Source: Minisyncoccota bacterium (GTDB lineage Bacteria > Patescibacteriota > Minisyncoccia > Phycocordibacterales > BOKC01). From it: DNA of 64,000 nt. The stretch is taken from NCBI GenBank assembly GCA_030583745.1, contig CP129473.1:442783-506782 (forward strand), in the 5' to 3' direction. The notes beneath the pieces were generated by a model. It was not told the origin of the DNA. It was given only the letters and a program-made list of their open reading frames with translations, and made no database searches. Positions 20,296 to 31,200 of the stretch are shown in pieces. The first letter of the stretch is position 1. Every line of letters begins with the position of its first letter. The position numbers were made by a program, and so were the translations under genes.

Positions 20296-21729
20296 TTAAT
20301 CTTTTCTGGGAAATAGCGAATTTTTGGGCATTTTGTTTTGCTTTATTAAATCCATAATCTTTTCAGCTGTTTTGGGTATAAATGGTTGGAGGTAGAATCC
20401 TATAATATACAGTTCTGATACAAGTTCTTGAATAATATGGTTACCAATTTCTGGATTAGATTTAACAACTTTAAATGGCTGCTCCTTTTGAATCTTTCTA
20501 TCAAGTTTTTGAATCTTGGAAAATATAAAATTCATCGCTTCACCTATTTCAAACCTGTTGAATACGTCAATCATATGTTGAGGATAATTTTGTTTATATA
20601 ATGAGGTTAAAACATCATTATCTACAGCCATTTTCATAATCCTAGAAACCAAATTTCCTAGTCCATTTGCTAGGTCAGCATTATAAGCGGTCTTGAATTT
20701 TTCAAGAGTAAATTCGCTATCTTCAAAAGAGTTTACGTGCCGCGCCAAATAAAAACGCAAGGCATCTGTGCCGTACTCTTCAATAATTTCAATCGGGTCA
20801 ACCGTATTCCCTAAACTTTTGCTCATTTTTACTCCGCCTTCGCCCAAAATAAAGCCATTGATAATAATTTGCTCGGACGTCTGAATTCCGGCTGACATAA
20901 GCATTGCTTGCCACATTGCCGACTGCTGACGGAGATTGTCTTTGCCGGCATATTGAGTTACCGGCCACCATTTCTTAAAATTTTCTTCATCTTCAGACCA
21001 GCCGATCGCTGAAATGTAGTTTACCAACGCGTCAAACCAAACATACATTACATGTTCCGAATCGTCCGGCACCTCTACACCCCACGGCATTTTTTCTTTA
21101 AGGCGCGAAATACTGAAATCTTCCAATCCCCTTTCAACGAATCTTTTAATTTCATTAAAACGGAAATTTGGCACCACAAAATCCGGATTTTTTTCATAAA
21201 ATTCCAAAAGCGGTTTTTGATATTTAGAAAAACGGAAAAAATAGTTTTCTTCTTCAAGAATCTCAATACTTAAATTCGGATGATCCGGACATTTTCCATC
21301 AACCAATTCTGATTCAGTCTTTTCCAGCTCACAACCAACACAATATTTAACGCTGTAATTTTTTTTATAAATATCGCCGTTTTTCTGGCAAACACGCCAA
21401 AATTCTTGAGCCGCGACAATATGCTCCGGATCAGTCGTCCGAATAAAATTTAAATCAGGAAGCATGCCGAGTTGCCGGACAAAATTTTTAAACTTTTCAG
21501 CATACTCATCAACATAAACTTGTGGGTCTTTTCCTTGTTCTTGTGCTTTCCGATAAATTTTTAATCCGTGCTCATCGGTGCCGGTATTAAAAAAAACTTC
21601 AAAACCCATAAGTTTTTTATATCGGGCAATAATATCGGCTCTGACAAATTCCAAAGCATGCCCGAGATGGGGCTCGGCGTTCACATAAGGCAAGGTGGTG
21701 GTAATGTAAAAAGTTTTTTTCTGGTTCAC
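20296..21729 (-). CDS. metG: Methionyl-tRNA synthetase (short form)
   Basis: PYVNAEPHLGHALE; zinc knuckles CVGCELEKTESELVDGKCPDH; KMSKSLGN. Confidence 0.9.
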   Translation of the reverse strand: MNQKKTFYITTTLPYVNAEPHLGHALEFVRADIIARYKKLMGFEVFFNTGTDEHGLKIYRKAQEQGKDPQVYVDEYAEKFKNFVRQLGMLPDLNFIRTTDPEHIVAAQEFWRVCQKNGDIYKKNYSVKYCVGCELEKTESELVDGKCPDHPNLSIEILEEENYFFRFSKYQKPLLEFYEKNPDFVVPNFRFNEIKRFVERGLEDFSISRLKEKMPWGVEVPDDSEHVMYVWFDALVNYISAIGWSEDEENFKKWWPVTQYAGKDNLRQQSAMWQAMLMSAGIQTSEQIIINGFILGEGGVKMSKSLGNTVDPIEIIEEYGTDALRFYLARHVNSFEDSEFTLEKFKTAYNADLANGLGNLVSRIMKMAVDNDVLTSLYKQNYPQHMIDVFNRFEIGEAMNFIFSKIQKLDRKIQKEQPFKVVKSNPEIGNHIIQELVSELYIIGFYLQPFIPKTAEKIMDLIKQNKMPKNSLFPRKD

Positions 21730-21732
21730 AAG

Positions 21733-22770
21733 TCAAGAAGTTTTTTCCGGCGTTTTTTTGGCATGTTTTCTTTTATCCATGTCCTCCAAAAAAACCATCG
21801 CAACCGCCGCCAAAGGAACAGAAATCAAAATCCCTAAAAATCCGGCTAACTTGAAGCCGACGACCAAAGACAAAATAACAATAATCGGCGAAAGACCGAC
21901 AACTTTTTTGACAACCAAAGGGTAAATCAGCTGACTTTCAAACTGCTGAATGATGACGTAAAGGCCGATAACAATAAAAGCCATCGTTAGTCCACCATCC
22001 AAAAAACCGAGGGCGATAGCCGGCACCGCGGCAATAATCGGCCCAAAGACCGGAATAATTTCCATAATCGCCGCCAAAAAAGCTAAGAGCAAGGCATTCG
22101 GAACCCCCAAAAGCAAGAGGCCAAGGTAAGTCAAAACTCCAACAATAACAGCAAGAACTATCTGACCCTGTACCCACAGACCGATTTTGGCTTCCGACCG
22201 GTGCCACAAGTCAAGAATATATGCTTCATATTTTAAAGGCGTTACTAAGCGCAAGAAATGTGACACTCCACCTTTCTGAACTGAAAGATAGAAAGATAGA
22301 ACAATAATCAAGACCAAAGACAACATACCGCCAAAGAAGACCGACGCAGCGCTAAGAAAATTAAAACTGCCGGACAAAGCTAAATTGGCTTGAGTAACAA
22401 ATTCTTGGAGTGAAAAATCTCTGATCACCGACTGACCCAAAAAGCCGTCCTGCAGAGGATTCCAAACCTCAAGCTCGGTTAAATGCTCCGGCAAATCTTT
22501 AAGCAAAACGGTTGTTTCGTTTAAAAGCGGAACAAGAAGAAAATAAAAAGAAATAGCAAAAATCAAAGCTGCTAAAAGATAGACAATCAAAACCGCTATA
22601 ACTCTCGGTATTTTGTGTTTGCCAAACCAGCGAGTAGCCGGCTCAACCGCCGAAGCAATGAGAACCGCAGTCAAAACTACTAAAACTAAATCGCGAAGGA
22701 CAAACAAAGCCCAAACCAAAATCAATATAAAAACAACCTTAAAAACACTTCCAGTGGAAATATTTAGCAT
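21733..22770 (-). CDS. AI-2E family (PerM-like) transporter
   Basis: About 8 TM helices of AI-2E-like length and topology; GLSPIIVILSLVVG...ISVPLAAV. Confidence 0.5.
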   Translation of the reverse strand: MLNISTGSVFKVVFILILVWALFVLRDLVLVVLTAVLIASAVEPATRWFGKHKIPRVIAVLIVYLLAALIFAISFYFLLVPLLNETTVLLKDLPEHLTELEVWNPLQDGFLGQSVIRDFSLQEFVTQANLALSGSFNFLSAASVFFGGMLSLVLIIVLSFYLSVQKGGVSHFLRLVTPLKYEAYILDLWHRSEAKIGLWVQGQIVLAVIVGVLTYLGLLLLGVPNALLLAFLAAIMEIIPVFGPIIAAVPAIALGFLDGGLTMAFIVIGLYVIIQQFESQLIYPLVVKKVVGLSPIIVILSLVVGFKLAGFLGILISVPLAAVAMVFLEDMDKRKHAKKTPEKTS

Positions 22771-22924
22771 TTTTAAATAATAGCATAAATTGGTGGCTAG
22801 TCAGTAGTGAGTGGTTTTTAGAAAAATCAGCAAAAAATGGTTGGGTAGTCTTGCAACATTAGGACACTTGCTACACTCCATACAACACAACTCTTTACCA
22901 GACCATTTACCACCAAAATCAATC

Positions 22925-22962
22925 TCCTTTCAAACAATTTAAGACGGCCGTCTTAAATTGTT
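22925..22962. repeat. Perfect palindrome TTCAAACAATTTAAGACGGCCGTCTTAAATTGTTTGAA (ACGGCCGT-core hairpin family)
   Basis: Seen directly; the same 8-nt core occurs at 38590-38624 and 39147-39179. Confidence 0.7.
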
Positions 22963-23005
22963 TGAAATTAAATTAATTGAATTATTTATATCAAATGCAT
23001 CAAAA

Positions 23006-24286
23006 TCAAATTCGCAAGATTTTTAGAAGAGTATTTTTGTTTTTAACTTCCCCAACAACAGCTAGATTGAGTTTTCGGTTTTGGAAAATGTCTTTGGCAA
23101 TTTTTTGAATGTCACCAGCAGTTACCGCTTTTATTTCTTTTGCCATTTGCTCCGGTGTTTCTAAAGAATGTTTCAAAACTTCTTGGTAGCCGAAAAATTC
23201 GGCCATAGCGTCAGAGGTTTCAAGCCCTAAAAATAAATTGCCAATCAAATAATCTTTGGCTTTTTTTAACTCTCCTTCCGGCACAATTTCATCCTTCAGC
23301 CGGCAAAATTCGGCAAGAATCGCGAGAATCACCTCCTCAATCCGCTTTTTATCCACGCCGGCTGAAACCGCCAAGTAACCGTGGTCGGTATATTCATCAG
23401 TAAACGATTTGACATAATAACCGACTCCCATTTCTTCGCGCAGTTTCTGAAAAAGCCGACTGGACATCCCCTGCCCTAAAACGGCGTTCAAAACTTTGAG
23501 CGCCGGCAGTTTTGAACTTTTAATTGAAAAAGTTCTAACACCTAAAATCAAATGTGTTTGGTCGGTCTTTTTTTGTTTTATTAAAATTTGCGGAGAATTT
23601 TGCCGCTCAACAACGGCCAGCTTTTTCTCCCTACTTTTACTTTTTAGATTGGCAAAAGCTTTATTCGCTTCTTTCAAAACCTCCCGTCGATTAAAATTAC
23701 CGGCGACAATTAAAGTCGTAGTGTTTGCTAAATAATGTTTGTCGCGATAAGAGACAAAATCCTCTCGCTTCATTTTTTTGACCGTCTCTCGGGTGCCGGC
23801 AATATTCCAACCAGCTGGCTGATCGCCGTAAAGAAGCGACATAAAAAGATCGTAGATATGGCGCTGGGGCGTATCTTCATACATATTTATTTCTTCAACA
23901 ATCACACCTTTTTCTTTTTCCATCTCTCCGACCGGAAAAGTTGGATGGAGATACAAATCAGAAATAATATCAACGAGCTTTTTGAAATGTTTCGGATGAG
24001 CTTTGGCGTAGTAGCCGGTAAACTCTTGAGAAGTAAAAGCGTTGTATTGAGAGCCGATTGAATCAAGCTCGCGACTCAAATCAATGGCTTTCGGCCGTTT
24101 TGTTGTGCCCTTAAAACACATATGCTCCAAAAAATGCGACAAGCCGCTGATGTTTTTGGTCTCATATTTTGAACCGGCTTCAACCATAATTAAAACCGTG
24201 ACCGCCGGATTGTCTTTGTGCGGAATGGTTATTAGCCGTAAACCGTTTTTGAGAATGGTTTTTTGAAATTTCATATTTAAAATCAA
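23006..24286 (-). CDS. M16-family zinc peptidase (insulinase-like)
   Basis: HFLEHMCFKGT inverted zincin motif (HxxEH). Confidence 0.85.
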   Translation of the reverse strand: MILNMKFQKTILKNGLRLITIPHKDNPAVTVLIMVEAGSKYETKNISGLSHFLEHMCFKGTTKRPKAIDLSRELDSIGSQYNAFTSQEFTGYYAKAHPKHFKKLVDIISDLYLHPTFPVGEMEKEKGVIVEEINMYEDTPQRHIYDLFMSLLYGDQPAGWNIAGTRETVKKMKREDFVSYRDKHYLANTTTLIVAGNFNRREVLKEANKAFANLKSKSREKKLAVVERQNSPQILIKQKKTDQTHLILGVRTFSIKSSKLPALKVLNAVLGQGMSSRLFQKLREEMGVGYYVKSFTDEYTDHGYLAVSAGVDKKRIEEVILAILAEFCRLKDEIVPEGELKKAKDYLIGNLFLGLETSDAMAEFFGYQEVLKHSLETPEQMAKEIKAVTAGDIQKIAKDIFQNRKLNLAVVGEVKNKNTLLKILRI

Positions 24287-25614
24287 TCGGAAAAAAGATG
24301 GATTAGCTCTTTTATTTGAGTTCTTTTTTGCTCGCCCGTATCGCGATCGCGGACAGTAACAGTCTCGTCTTCAAGAGTCTGAAAATCAATTGTTACGCAA
24401 AAAGGCGTTCCGATTTCATCCTGCCGACGGTAACGCTTGCCGATGTTGCCGTTGTCATCGAAAGTTACCATCGAAATTTCTTTGCGAATCATTTCATAAA
24501 CCTCTCTCGCCTTCTTTACAAGCTCCGGCTTATTTTTCAAAAGCGGAAATACCGCGACCTTAACCGGCGCGATTTCCGGCTTTAACTTTAAGTAAACTCT
24601 TTTTTCACCTCCCATTTCGTCTTCGGTGTAGGCTTCAAGTAGTACGAATAAGACAGCTCTATCAACACCACCGGAACATTCAATATCCCACGGAATAAAT
24701 TTACTCTTCGACTCTTCATCAAAATACGAAAGATCTTCATTGGAATATTCGCTATGCCTCTTCAAATCCCAATCAGCGCGGTGATGTATTCCCCATGCTT
24801 CTTTCCACCCAGCAAATGGCGTATTGTATTCAATATCCCAAGCATCTTTTGCATAGTGAGCTCTTTCATCTTCCGCGTGCTGGCGAAATCTTAGGTTCTC
24901 CTCTTTAAACCCGAGGCCAAGATACCACTCCCATGCAAATTGTTTCCAATATTCAAACCACTTCTTCCCTTCAGATTCTTCCGGCTTGATATAAAATTGC
25001 AATTCCATCTGTTCGAACTCTCTTTGTCGGAAGAGAAAATCTCTAGGAGTAATCTCATTTCTAAAAGCTTTGCCAATCTGGCCTATACCAAAAGGTATTT
25101 TGGGGTGCATAGAATCTAAAATATTTTTAAAGTTAACATGCACACCTTGAGTTACTTCCCCGCGTAAATACACTTTCTTAGATGTTTCTTCTGACGCACC
25201 TAATTTTGTTTCTACTAAGAGATTAAATACTTTCGGTTCGGACCATTCCACCTTTTCTTTCTTATGTTTCGCTTCGTGTTCTACAATCGCTTCGGGCTGA
25301 TCGGCCCTAACTCGTTCGTGACAAATTTTGCATTCCACAAGCGGATCAACCAGTCCAGCTTCACTAGTATGACCAGAAGCATCCCAAACGCTTGCGGGCA
25401 TTAAAATAGCCGCGCTCATTCCATATACATCCTCTCTATCAGAAATAAATTTTTTCCAGAAATATTGTTTGATATTATGCCTTAACTCCACCCCGTAAGG
25501 TCCGTAATCAAAAATTCCCGACAGTCCCCCGTAAATTTCAGAACCTTGGAAAATGAAGCCTCGGCGCTTGCAAAGGCTGACAATTTTGTTCATTAGTTCT
25601 TCTTTCTGATTCAT
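24283..25614 (-). CDS. glyQS: Glycyl-tRNA synthetase (alpha2 type)
   Basis: RGFIFQGSEIYGGLSGIFDYGPYGVELRHNI; class II motifs; C-terminal anticodon-binding domain. Confidence 0.85.
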   Translation of the reverse strand: MNQKEELMNKIVSLCKRRGFIFQGSEIYGGLSGIFDYGPYGVELRHNIKQYFWKKFISDREDVYGMSAAILMPASVWDASGHTSEAGLVDPLVECKICHERVRADQPEAIVEHEAKHKKEKVEWSEPKVFNLLVETKLGASEETSKKVYLRGEVTQGVHVNFKNILDSMHPKIPFGIGQIGKAFRNEITPRDFLFRQREFEQMELQFYIKPEESEGKKWFEYWKQFAWEWYLGLGFKEENLRFRQHAEDERAHYAKDAWDIEYNTPFAGWKEAWGIHHRADWDLKRHSEYSNEDLSYFDEESKSKFIPWDIECSGGVDRAVLFVLLEAYTEDEMGGEKRVYLKLKPEIAPVKVAVFPLLKNKPELVKKAREVYEMIRKEISMVTFDDNGNIGKRYRRQDEIGTPFCVTIDFQTLEDETVTVRDRDTGEQKRTQIKELIHLFSD

Positions 25615-25620
25615 AGATAT

Positions 25621-27576
25621 TTAGGGCGATACTACTCGGCCCATTTGGAACGAATAAATCGGATCAGTTGTAATTCTGATGGTTGCTGGTGGGTTACGAT
25701 CCGAAACCTCTCTTCCCACAAAAACATCACGTCCAGTCGCTAAAACTTCCCCGACTAAATTTGATTCATTATTAACCTGCCCCAAGCTCGGCGAAAACCT
25801 TACCTGGAAAGCCACTTCAAGTGGCGCATTTGAAATTCCCTGACCGGAAAGGATTCGGCTTATATTCCATTTTACAATTCGTGTGTTCGGGTCGAATTTC
25901 AAATCAGCAGAAGATGGACTAATTCGATTAAGCCATTCTACATAAACTGGCAGAATTGCGCTAACTTCAATATCGGCAACCTCATTTATGTTATTACTAA
26001 GAGACCAAATTATAGTATAGGTCGTTGAACTCTCGGCTTTAGGCGGAAGTGGACCGGAATTTACAAACGGTCCAACAGAATAAACCGCCCGTGAAGCGAC
26101 AGTCAAATCAGTCTCAACCTTAACATCTCTCAAAGAAGAAATGGTTATTTCCTCTGGCGAGCGCCCTTCTAACAAACGTGTCCCTTTTATAGTCGCTGTC
26201 ATTTTTACTGATGAATTTTTTAAATTTTCCAAATCACGAGCATTAAATTTGTTAATCGCAAAAGAAAAATCTAAAGTTCCACTTTGCCCACTTCTTATCT
26301 TCAAAAAATCTGCAAAAGTATTTTTATCCCAAATAATTAAATTCTCCTGGGACCGGTAAAAACCACGGCGATCTGGTGACACGGAAGCCCTATCCCAACC
26401 ATTACCGGCAAAAGACAGGTTTATGGAGACATCACTCAAATCGTCTGGCAAATTGTTTCTCCAATTTATCTGTCCACGGACGGTATTACCAAGCTTGCTA
26501 ATATATTCACCCGATTGAGTGCCTTCGATGTCCATCCTAAGGGCCAAAGCCGGCTGTCTTATAAAGACCGGCTCGCTGTGTGACAACAATTCCGTGCCAA
26601 TTATTCTTTCGTCAGTCTGACTCTGAATGCCCACAAAATATCTAAAATTCTTCTCATCTCCGTCTTGCCCACCGATTATTCCTCTTAAAACAATTTCTGA
26701 CCGACCCCTTGGCTCTAAATCTCCAATAACCCAAATTCTGTTATCGAAAGACGGTTCTGGCAAAGACTGGGTAAAAGAAAATTCCGGCGGATATTCGGCA
26801 ATAAGCATCAGGTTCTTCAAAACCGAAGTTGAATTAGAAATAATAGAAATTCTTGATTCTATTTCTTGACCAGATCTTGCTTCAGGCGACGCTAAAACAG
26901 AAACAGAAATCGGCGCAGAACGAAGCTCAACTTTGTAAATTTCCTCCTTAGCAAAAACACTTCGCCCTTCGCGAGTCTTGTATTGTACTAAAATTTTTAT
27001 TTCCTTGATGCTCTGTGCCGGACCAAACAAAACTGAATTAAACACTCTTGAAAAGCGGCCGTCTTTTGGGGACAAAACCCCAACTATTTCTTCTTGTCTC
27101 AAAATTGGCTTTTGTAAATCCATTGGATCTCTTGTCCCGTCCGGATACTCCAGAATTAAAACCACATCTTCAAGTAGAATCCGATTTTTATTAACTACCG
27201 AAACGTCAAGGGAAAGCTCCTGCCCGGATTCAATTGCTGACAAACCCTTTACATCAATAATTACTTTGTCAGAGCTGATTCTGTTAAACCCAAAAAAAAT
27301 CGCTACCATGGCAAGCGAAACTGCCAAGATAGAAAACGAGATTGAAAAAAACAGCGATCTTCTCAGAAAATTTTGAGAAAAATGAAATTTCTTTTTCGCC
27401 TTCTTCTCAATTTCCGGCCAATTTTCCCGAGCTTCAGTTTTTTGGCTATCCAAGGAGTGGCGAGATTTTCGCAAAATCGAAGGCCGATTTTGAGCATAAA
27501 GTTCTTTTTCCAGTCTATCTATGGCATTTAGCTCGTTCTGGTCTTTTGGATTTTTACCCTTCCTAATATCATTCAT
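25621..27576 (-). CDS. Large membrane-anchored hypothetical protein with repeated beta-rich extracellular domains
   Basis: Single TM (SLFFSISFSILAVSLAMVAIFFGF) after a basic N-terminus; about 550 aa extracytoplasmic. Confidence 0.5.
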   Translation of the reverse strand: MNDIRKGKNPKDQNELNAIDRLEKELYAQNRPSILRKSRHSLDSQKTEARENWPEIEKKAKKKFHFSQNFLRRSLFFSISFSILAVSLAMVAIFFGFNRISSDKVIIDVKGLSAIESGQELSLDVSVVNKNRILLEDVVLILEYPDGTRDPMDLQKPILRQEEIVGVLSPKDGRFSRVFNSVLFGPAQSIKEIKILVQYKTREGRSVFAKEEIYKVELRSAPISVSVLASPEARSGQEIESRISIISNSTSVLKNLMLIAEYPPEFSFTQSLPEPSFDNRIWVIGDLEPRGRSEIVLRGIIGGQDGDEKNFRYFVGIQSQTDERIIGTELLSHSEPVFIRQPALALRMDIEGTQSGEYISKLGNTVRGQINWRNNLPDDLSDVSINLSFAGNGWDRASVSPDRRGFYRSQENLIIWDKNTFADFLKIRSGQSGTLDFSFAINKFNARDLENLKNSSVKMTATIKGTRLLEGRSPEEITISSLRDVKVETDLTVASRAVYSVGPFVNSGPLPPKAESSTTYTIIWSLSNNINEVADIEVSAILPVYVEWLNRISPSSADLKFDPNTRIVKWNISRILSGQGISNAPLEVAFQVRFSPSLGQVNNESNLVGEVLATGRDVFVGREVSDRNPPATIRITTDPIYSFQMGRVVSP

Positions 27577-27658
27577 ACAGAAAAGATTTTAACATAAATA
27601 TAAGGATAGAGCGCTCGGTTTTTACAAAATTATTGTTTGTCTTTTTTACCAAACTAAG

Positions 27659-28252
27659 CTAACTAAAAAGCTGGCTGGCCTTAAAGGAAGCGTTTATTTC
27701 CTTCACTGCTTCACGCCTCCACGAAGAAAAAATTTTCAAATCTTCCGGTAACAAATTTTCTTTTTGCAAAAAAACTTGCCAAGGCCCACCGTCTCCAAGA
27801 TACCCCAGAAAATTTAGAGAGCGCAAAATCGCTATGCATTCAAAATTTTTCAATTGTTCGGGAGACAAGGGGTTGAGAAGTAAAAAATTAATGTCGTTTT
27901 TGATTGAGTCAAAAAAAATATGATTCTGCTCATCTTCAGGTAAAAGTTTTTGAATAAGAGTGAAAAAACGAGCAATAAAATAAAATTTGTCGTCAGCTTG
28001 GAGAGCAAAATAGAGATTTAAATTCGACAGAGCATCGGTAATTTTCCAACCATTCTTACCCTTAATAAAGGTAAAATTGCCGGCAGAATAATCGGTCAAG
28101 GCCGGCTTGAGTTTCGAGTGGGGCGCCCGAGCGCTTTGCGCTCGGGCGTAAATCAAGCCCAAATCGCGAGTAAAGATTTTGTACATTTTACTGGCTTCGC
28201 CTGAATTAAAATTTGCCAAAACAAAGCCGGGAGTATGATATTTTTGATACAT
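27659..28252 (-). CDS. recO: DNA repair protein RecO-like (short)
   Basis: N-terminal OB-fold pattern GFVLANFNSGEASKMYKIFTRDLGLIYARAQSARAPHSKLKPAL similar to the RecO N-terminus. Confidence 0.45.
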   Translation of the reverse strand: MYQKYHTPGFVLANFNSGEASKMYKIFTRDLGLIYARAQSARAPHSKLKPALTDYSAGNFTFIKGKNGWKITDALSNLNLYFALQADDKFYFIARFFTLIQKLLPEDEQNHIFFDSIKNDINFLLLNPLSPEQLKNFECIAILRSLNFLGYLGDGGPWQVFLQKENLLPEDLKIFSSWRREAVKEINASFKASQLFS

Positions 28253-31200
28253 TTATAACTCTTCCAATTTAATACCACCTTCGCCAAATTCAATTTTCAC
28301 CTTAGTCTGCTTATAAATTTCCTTTTCCAATCCCCCTAGAGAATTTTTCAAGCTAGAATCAAAAATAAATTCGGCCTGATCTTGCGGTTTGAGGTTTTTT
28401 TTCTTTCTTAGATCCTGAATCTGGCGAACCAAATCTCGGAATCGACCTTCTTTTTCAAGTTCCGGAGTAATTTTAGAATCAAGTAAAACCTCTTCTGAAA
28501 GAGTCTCAGCAAAAATTATCTCCTTCACATTTACCTCATCCTTTACAAGATTTGTTAGCTCTTCCTGATTTTGCAGTTTCAAACTTTTAACTTCCAGTTT
28601 CCCTAAGGGTTGCCGAACTTTCAGGCCCGCCTTCGCCCTCTGTTCAAGCGCCAAAGAAACAATTCTCCTAACTTCTTTCATGTCTTCTAAAATTTTTGTT
28701 TCGAGTTTTGTATGTCGGGCTGTATTTTTAGGCCAATCTTTCAGATGAACACTTTCAGGCCCACCCTCATATTTTTCCTTCAATGATTGATAAATTAATT
28801 CAGCAAAAAACGGTATAAACGGCGCAATAATAACCGACAAATTCTCCAAAACAAAATAAGTTGTCGTCAAAGCTGTGTTTTTATCCGACTCATTTTCATC
28901 ATTTTTAAATCTGTCTCGCGAGCGCCGCAAATACCAAGTTGAAAGATCATCAACAAAATCAGTTATTGAGCGAGTCGCCCGATCAAGCGCATACCTTTCC
29001 AAAGATTGGGTGACTTCTTCAAGAAGTTCATCTAAACGAGCTAAAATCCAAATGTCTAAAACATTCGGAGAATCCGGCCGGCCTTGAACTTTTAAGCCCG
29101 ATTTTTCATAAAGTTTATAAAATTGCAAAACATTTCCAAGCCGCAACAAAACTTTTTGCATTGCTTCCTGAACGCCCTTTTCCGAAAAATTCAAATCCTG
29201 ACCACGAACAACCGGCGATGTTAAAAGATACAAACGCATTGCGTCAGCCCCATACTTTTTTACGATTTCCATCGGATCTGGATAATTTTTCAACCGCTTG
29301 GACATTTTTTGTCCGTCTTCAGCCAAAATCGTGCCATTTACTACAACAGCTTTATAAGGACTCTTACCAAAAAGCAAAGTCCCCAAGACTAGCATTGAAT
29401 AAAACCAGCCGCGGGTTTGATCCAACCCTTCAGCAATAAAATCCGCCGGGTAACCGACTGGCCGATTGAAAATTCCCGGGCGCGGATTGAAAATTTTCAG
29501 GTTTTCAAAAGGAAAATGGTTTTGAGCGTAGGGCATTGAACCGGATTCAAACCAGCAATCAAAAACTTCCGGTACCCTTTTCATTTCCCCGCCACATTTA
29601 CACTGAAATTTTATTTCATCAATAAAAGGTCTGTGAAGTTCGAGTTCAAAATTTTCATTTCTCGGTAATGGTAAATATTTTATCTCCTTAAATCCGCCGG
29701 TTTTTACGTAGTCGTCGTGAAGATTCTTCTCTGCTACAGACTGACCATCGCTCCAGCCCAAAGCGCCGGCTTCCATCATCCAAATCGGATATTCGTGAGT
29801 AACAATCAAAATGTTTTTGCCTTCATACCTTCTTTCCATTTCAGAAAGAAAATCACAAACTCTTTTTTTGACATCAGAAAGATTCTCTCCACCATTCGGC
29901 CTTTTGGTTACCTTCTCTAAAGTTGAAGAAAAATATTTCCTATACTCCTCAATCGGTTTTAGATTAAATTCTCCAGAATCTATCTCTCTAATTCTTTTGT
30001 CAAAAAAGATTTTTTCAGAAGGTAGATTTAATTCTTCAGCAATAATTTCTGTAGTTTCTTTGGTTCGGAAAAAATCTGAAGAAAAAACTAGGTCAATTCT
30101 TTCTTCCTCTCAAATGACGGGCGGTTTTTTGGGCCTCCAGACGACCCTTCTCCGTCAGATAATGCGGGTTTTCCGGTCTACCACTAACTATGTTTTTAGC
30201 ATTACTCTCGGCCTCACCATGGCGGACCAAGATGTAATTGTTTTTGGATTGAAGCTTACTGCTTAATTTTTCAACCGAACCGACAATTTCTTTAAACTCG
30301 CATTTTTCACATTTCCAAACCGGAACCGGCGCTCCCCAAAAACGGCTTCGTGAAATTGACCAATCTTTTGCATCCGCAAGCCAATTGCCAAATCGGTATT
30401 TGCCAACTTCTTCCGGCACCCATTTTATTTTCTTGTTTTCAGCGACTAACTTATCACGGTGTTTCGAAACTTCAACAAACCAAGAACTAGATGCGTAATT
30501 GAGAAGTGGCGTATCACAGCGCCAACAGTGCGGATATGAATGAACCACTTTTTTCTTTGAGAAAAGAAGCCCTTTATGCGCCAAATTTTTGATAATTTCG
30601 ATGTCAGTTCGCTGACTGTCTTCCTTGGGCTTCACAAGTAGGCCGGCAAAATCTTTAACCTCCGGTTTGAATTTACCGGTAACGTCGACGTGCTGAATAA
30701 ATGGTAGATTTTCTCTTTTTGATAATTCATAGTCTTCCGAACCGAAAGCCGGCGCGATGTGAACAATGCCTGTACCCTCTTCAAGAGACACGAAATTATC
30801 TGCATAAACTTTCCAGCCGTTTTCTCTACCTTTTAAGCTTGTGTCATTTGAGTAATAATCAAAAAGCGGCTCATATTTGAAACCAACCAATTTTTTGCCT
30901 TTAAATTCCTCAATAATTTCATACTGCTTGTCAGCCAAAACTTCGCCGGCTCGGTCCTTGGCTAAAATATAAATTTCATCTTCAAGTTTTACTTTTATAT
31001 AATCAGCTTCAGAATTTACGGCTAGCGCGACATTGCCCGGGAGTGTCCATGGCGTTGTCGTCCACGCCAATAAGTAAGTTTTTTCAGCTTTTGGAATTTG
31101 GAATTTGGAATTTGTTTGTGCTTGAGTGTTTGTAACTTGGAATTTTGCAGTAACTGATATATCGGTCACGTCGCGGTAACCTTGCGCGACTTCAAAATTG

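Noticed and set aside
22925-22962. Restriction-modification recognition palindrome (GGCC/CGGCCG cores)
   Set aside because: No methyltransferase or endonuclease gene nearby. The cores are embedded in long hairpins more consistent with structural/terminator elements.
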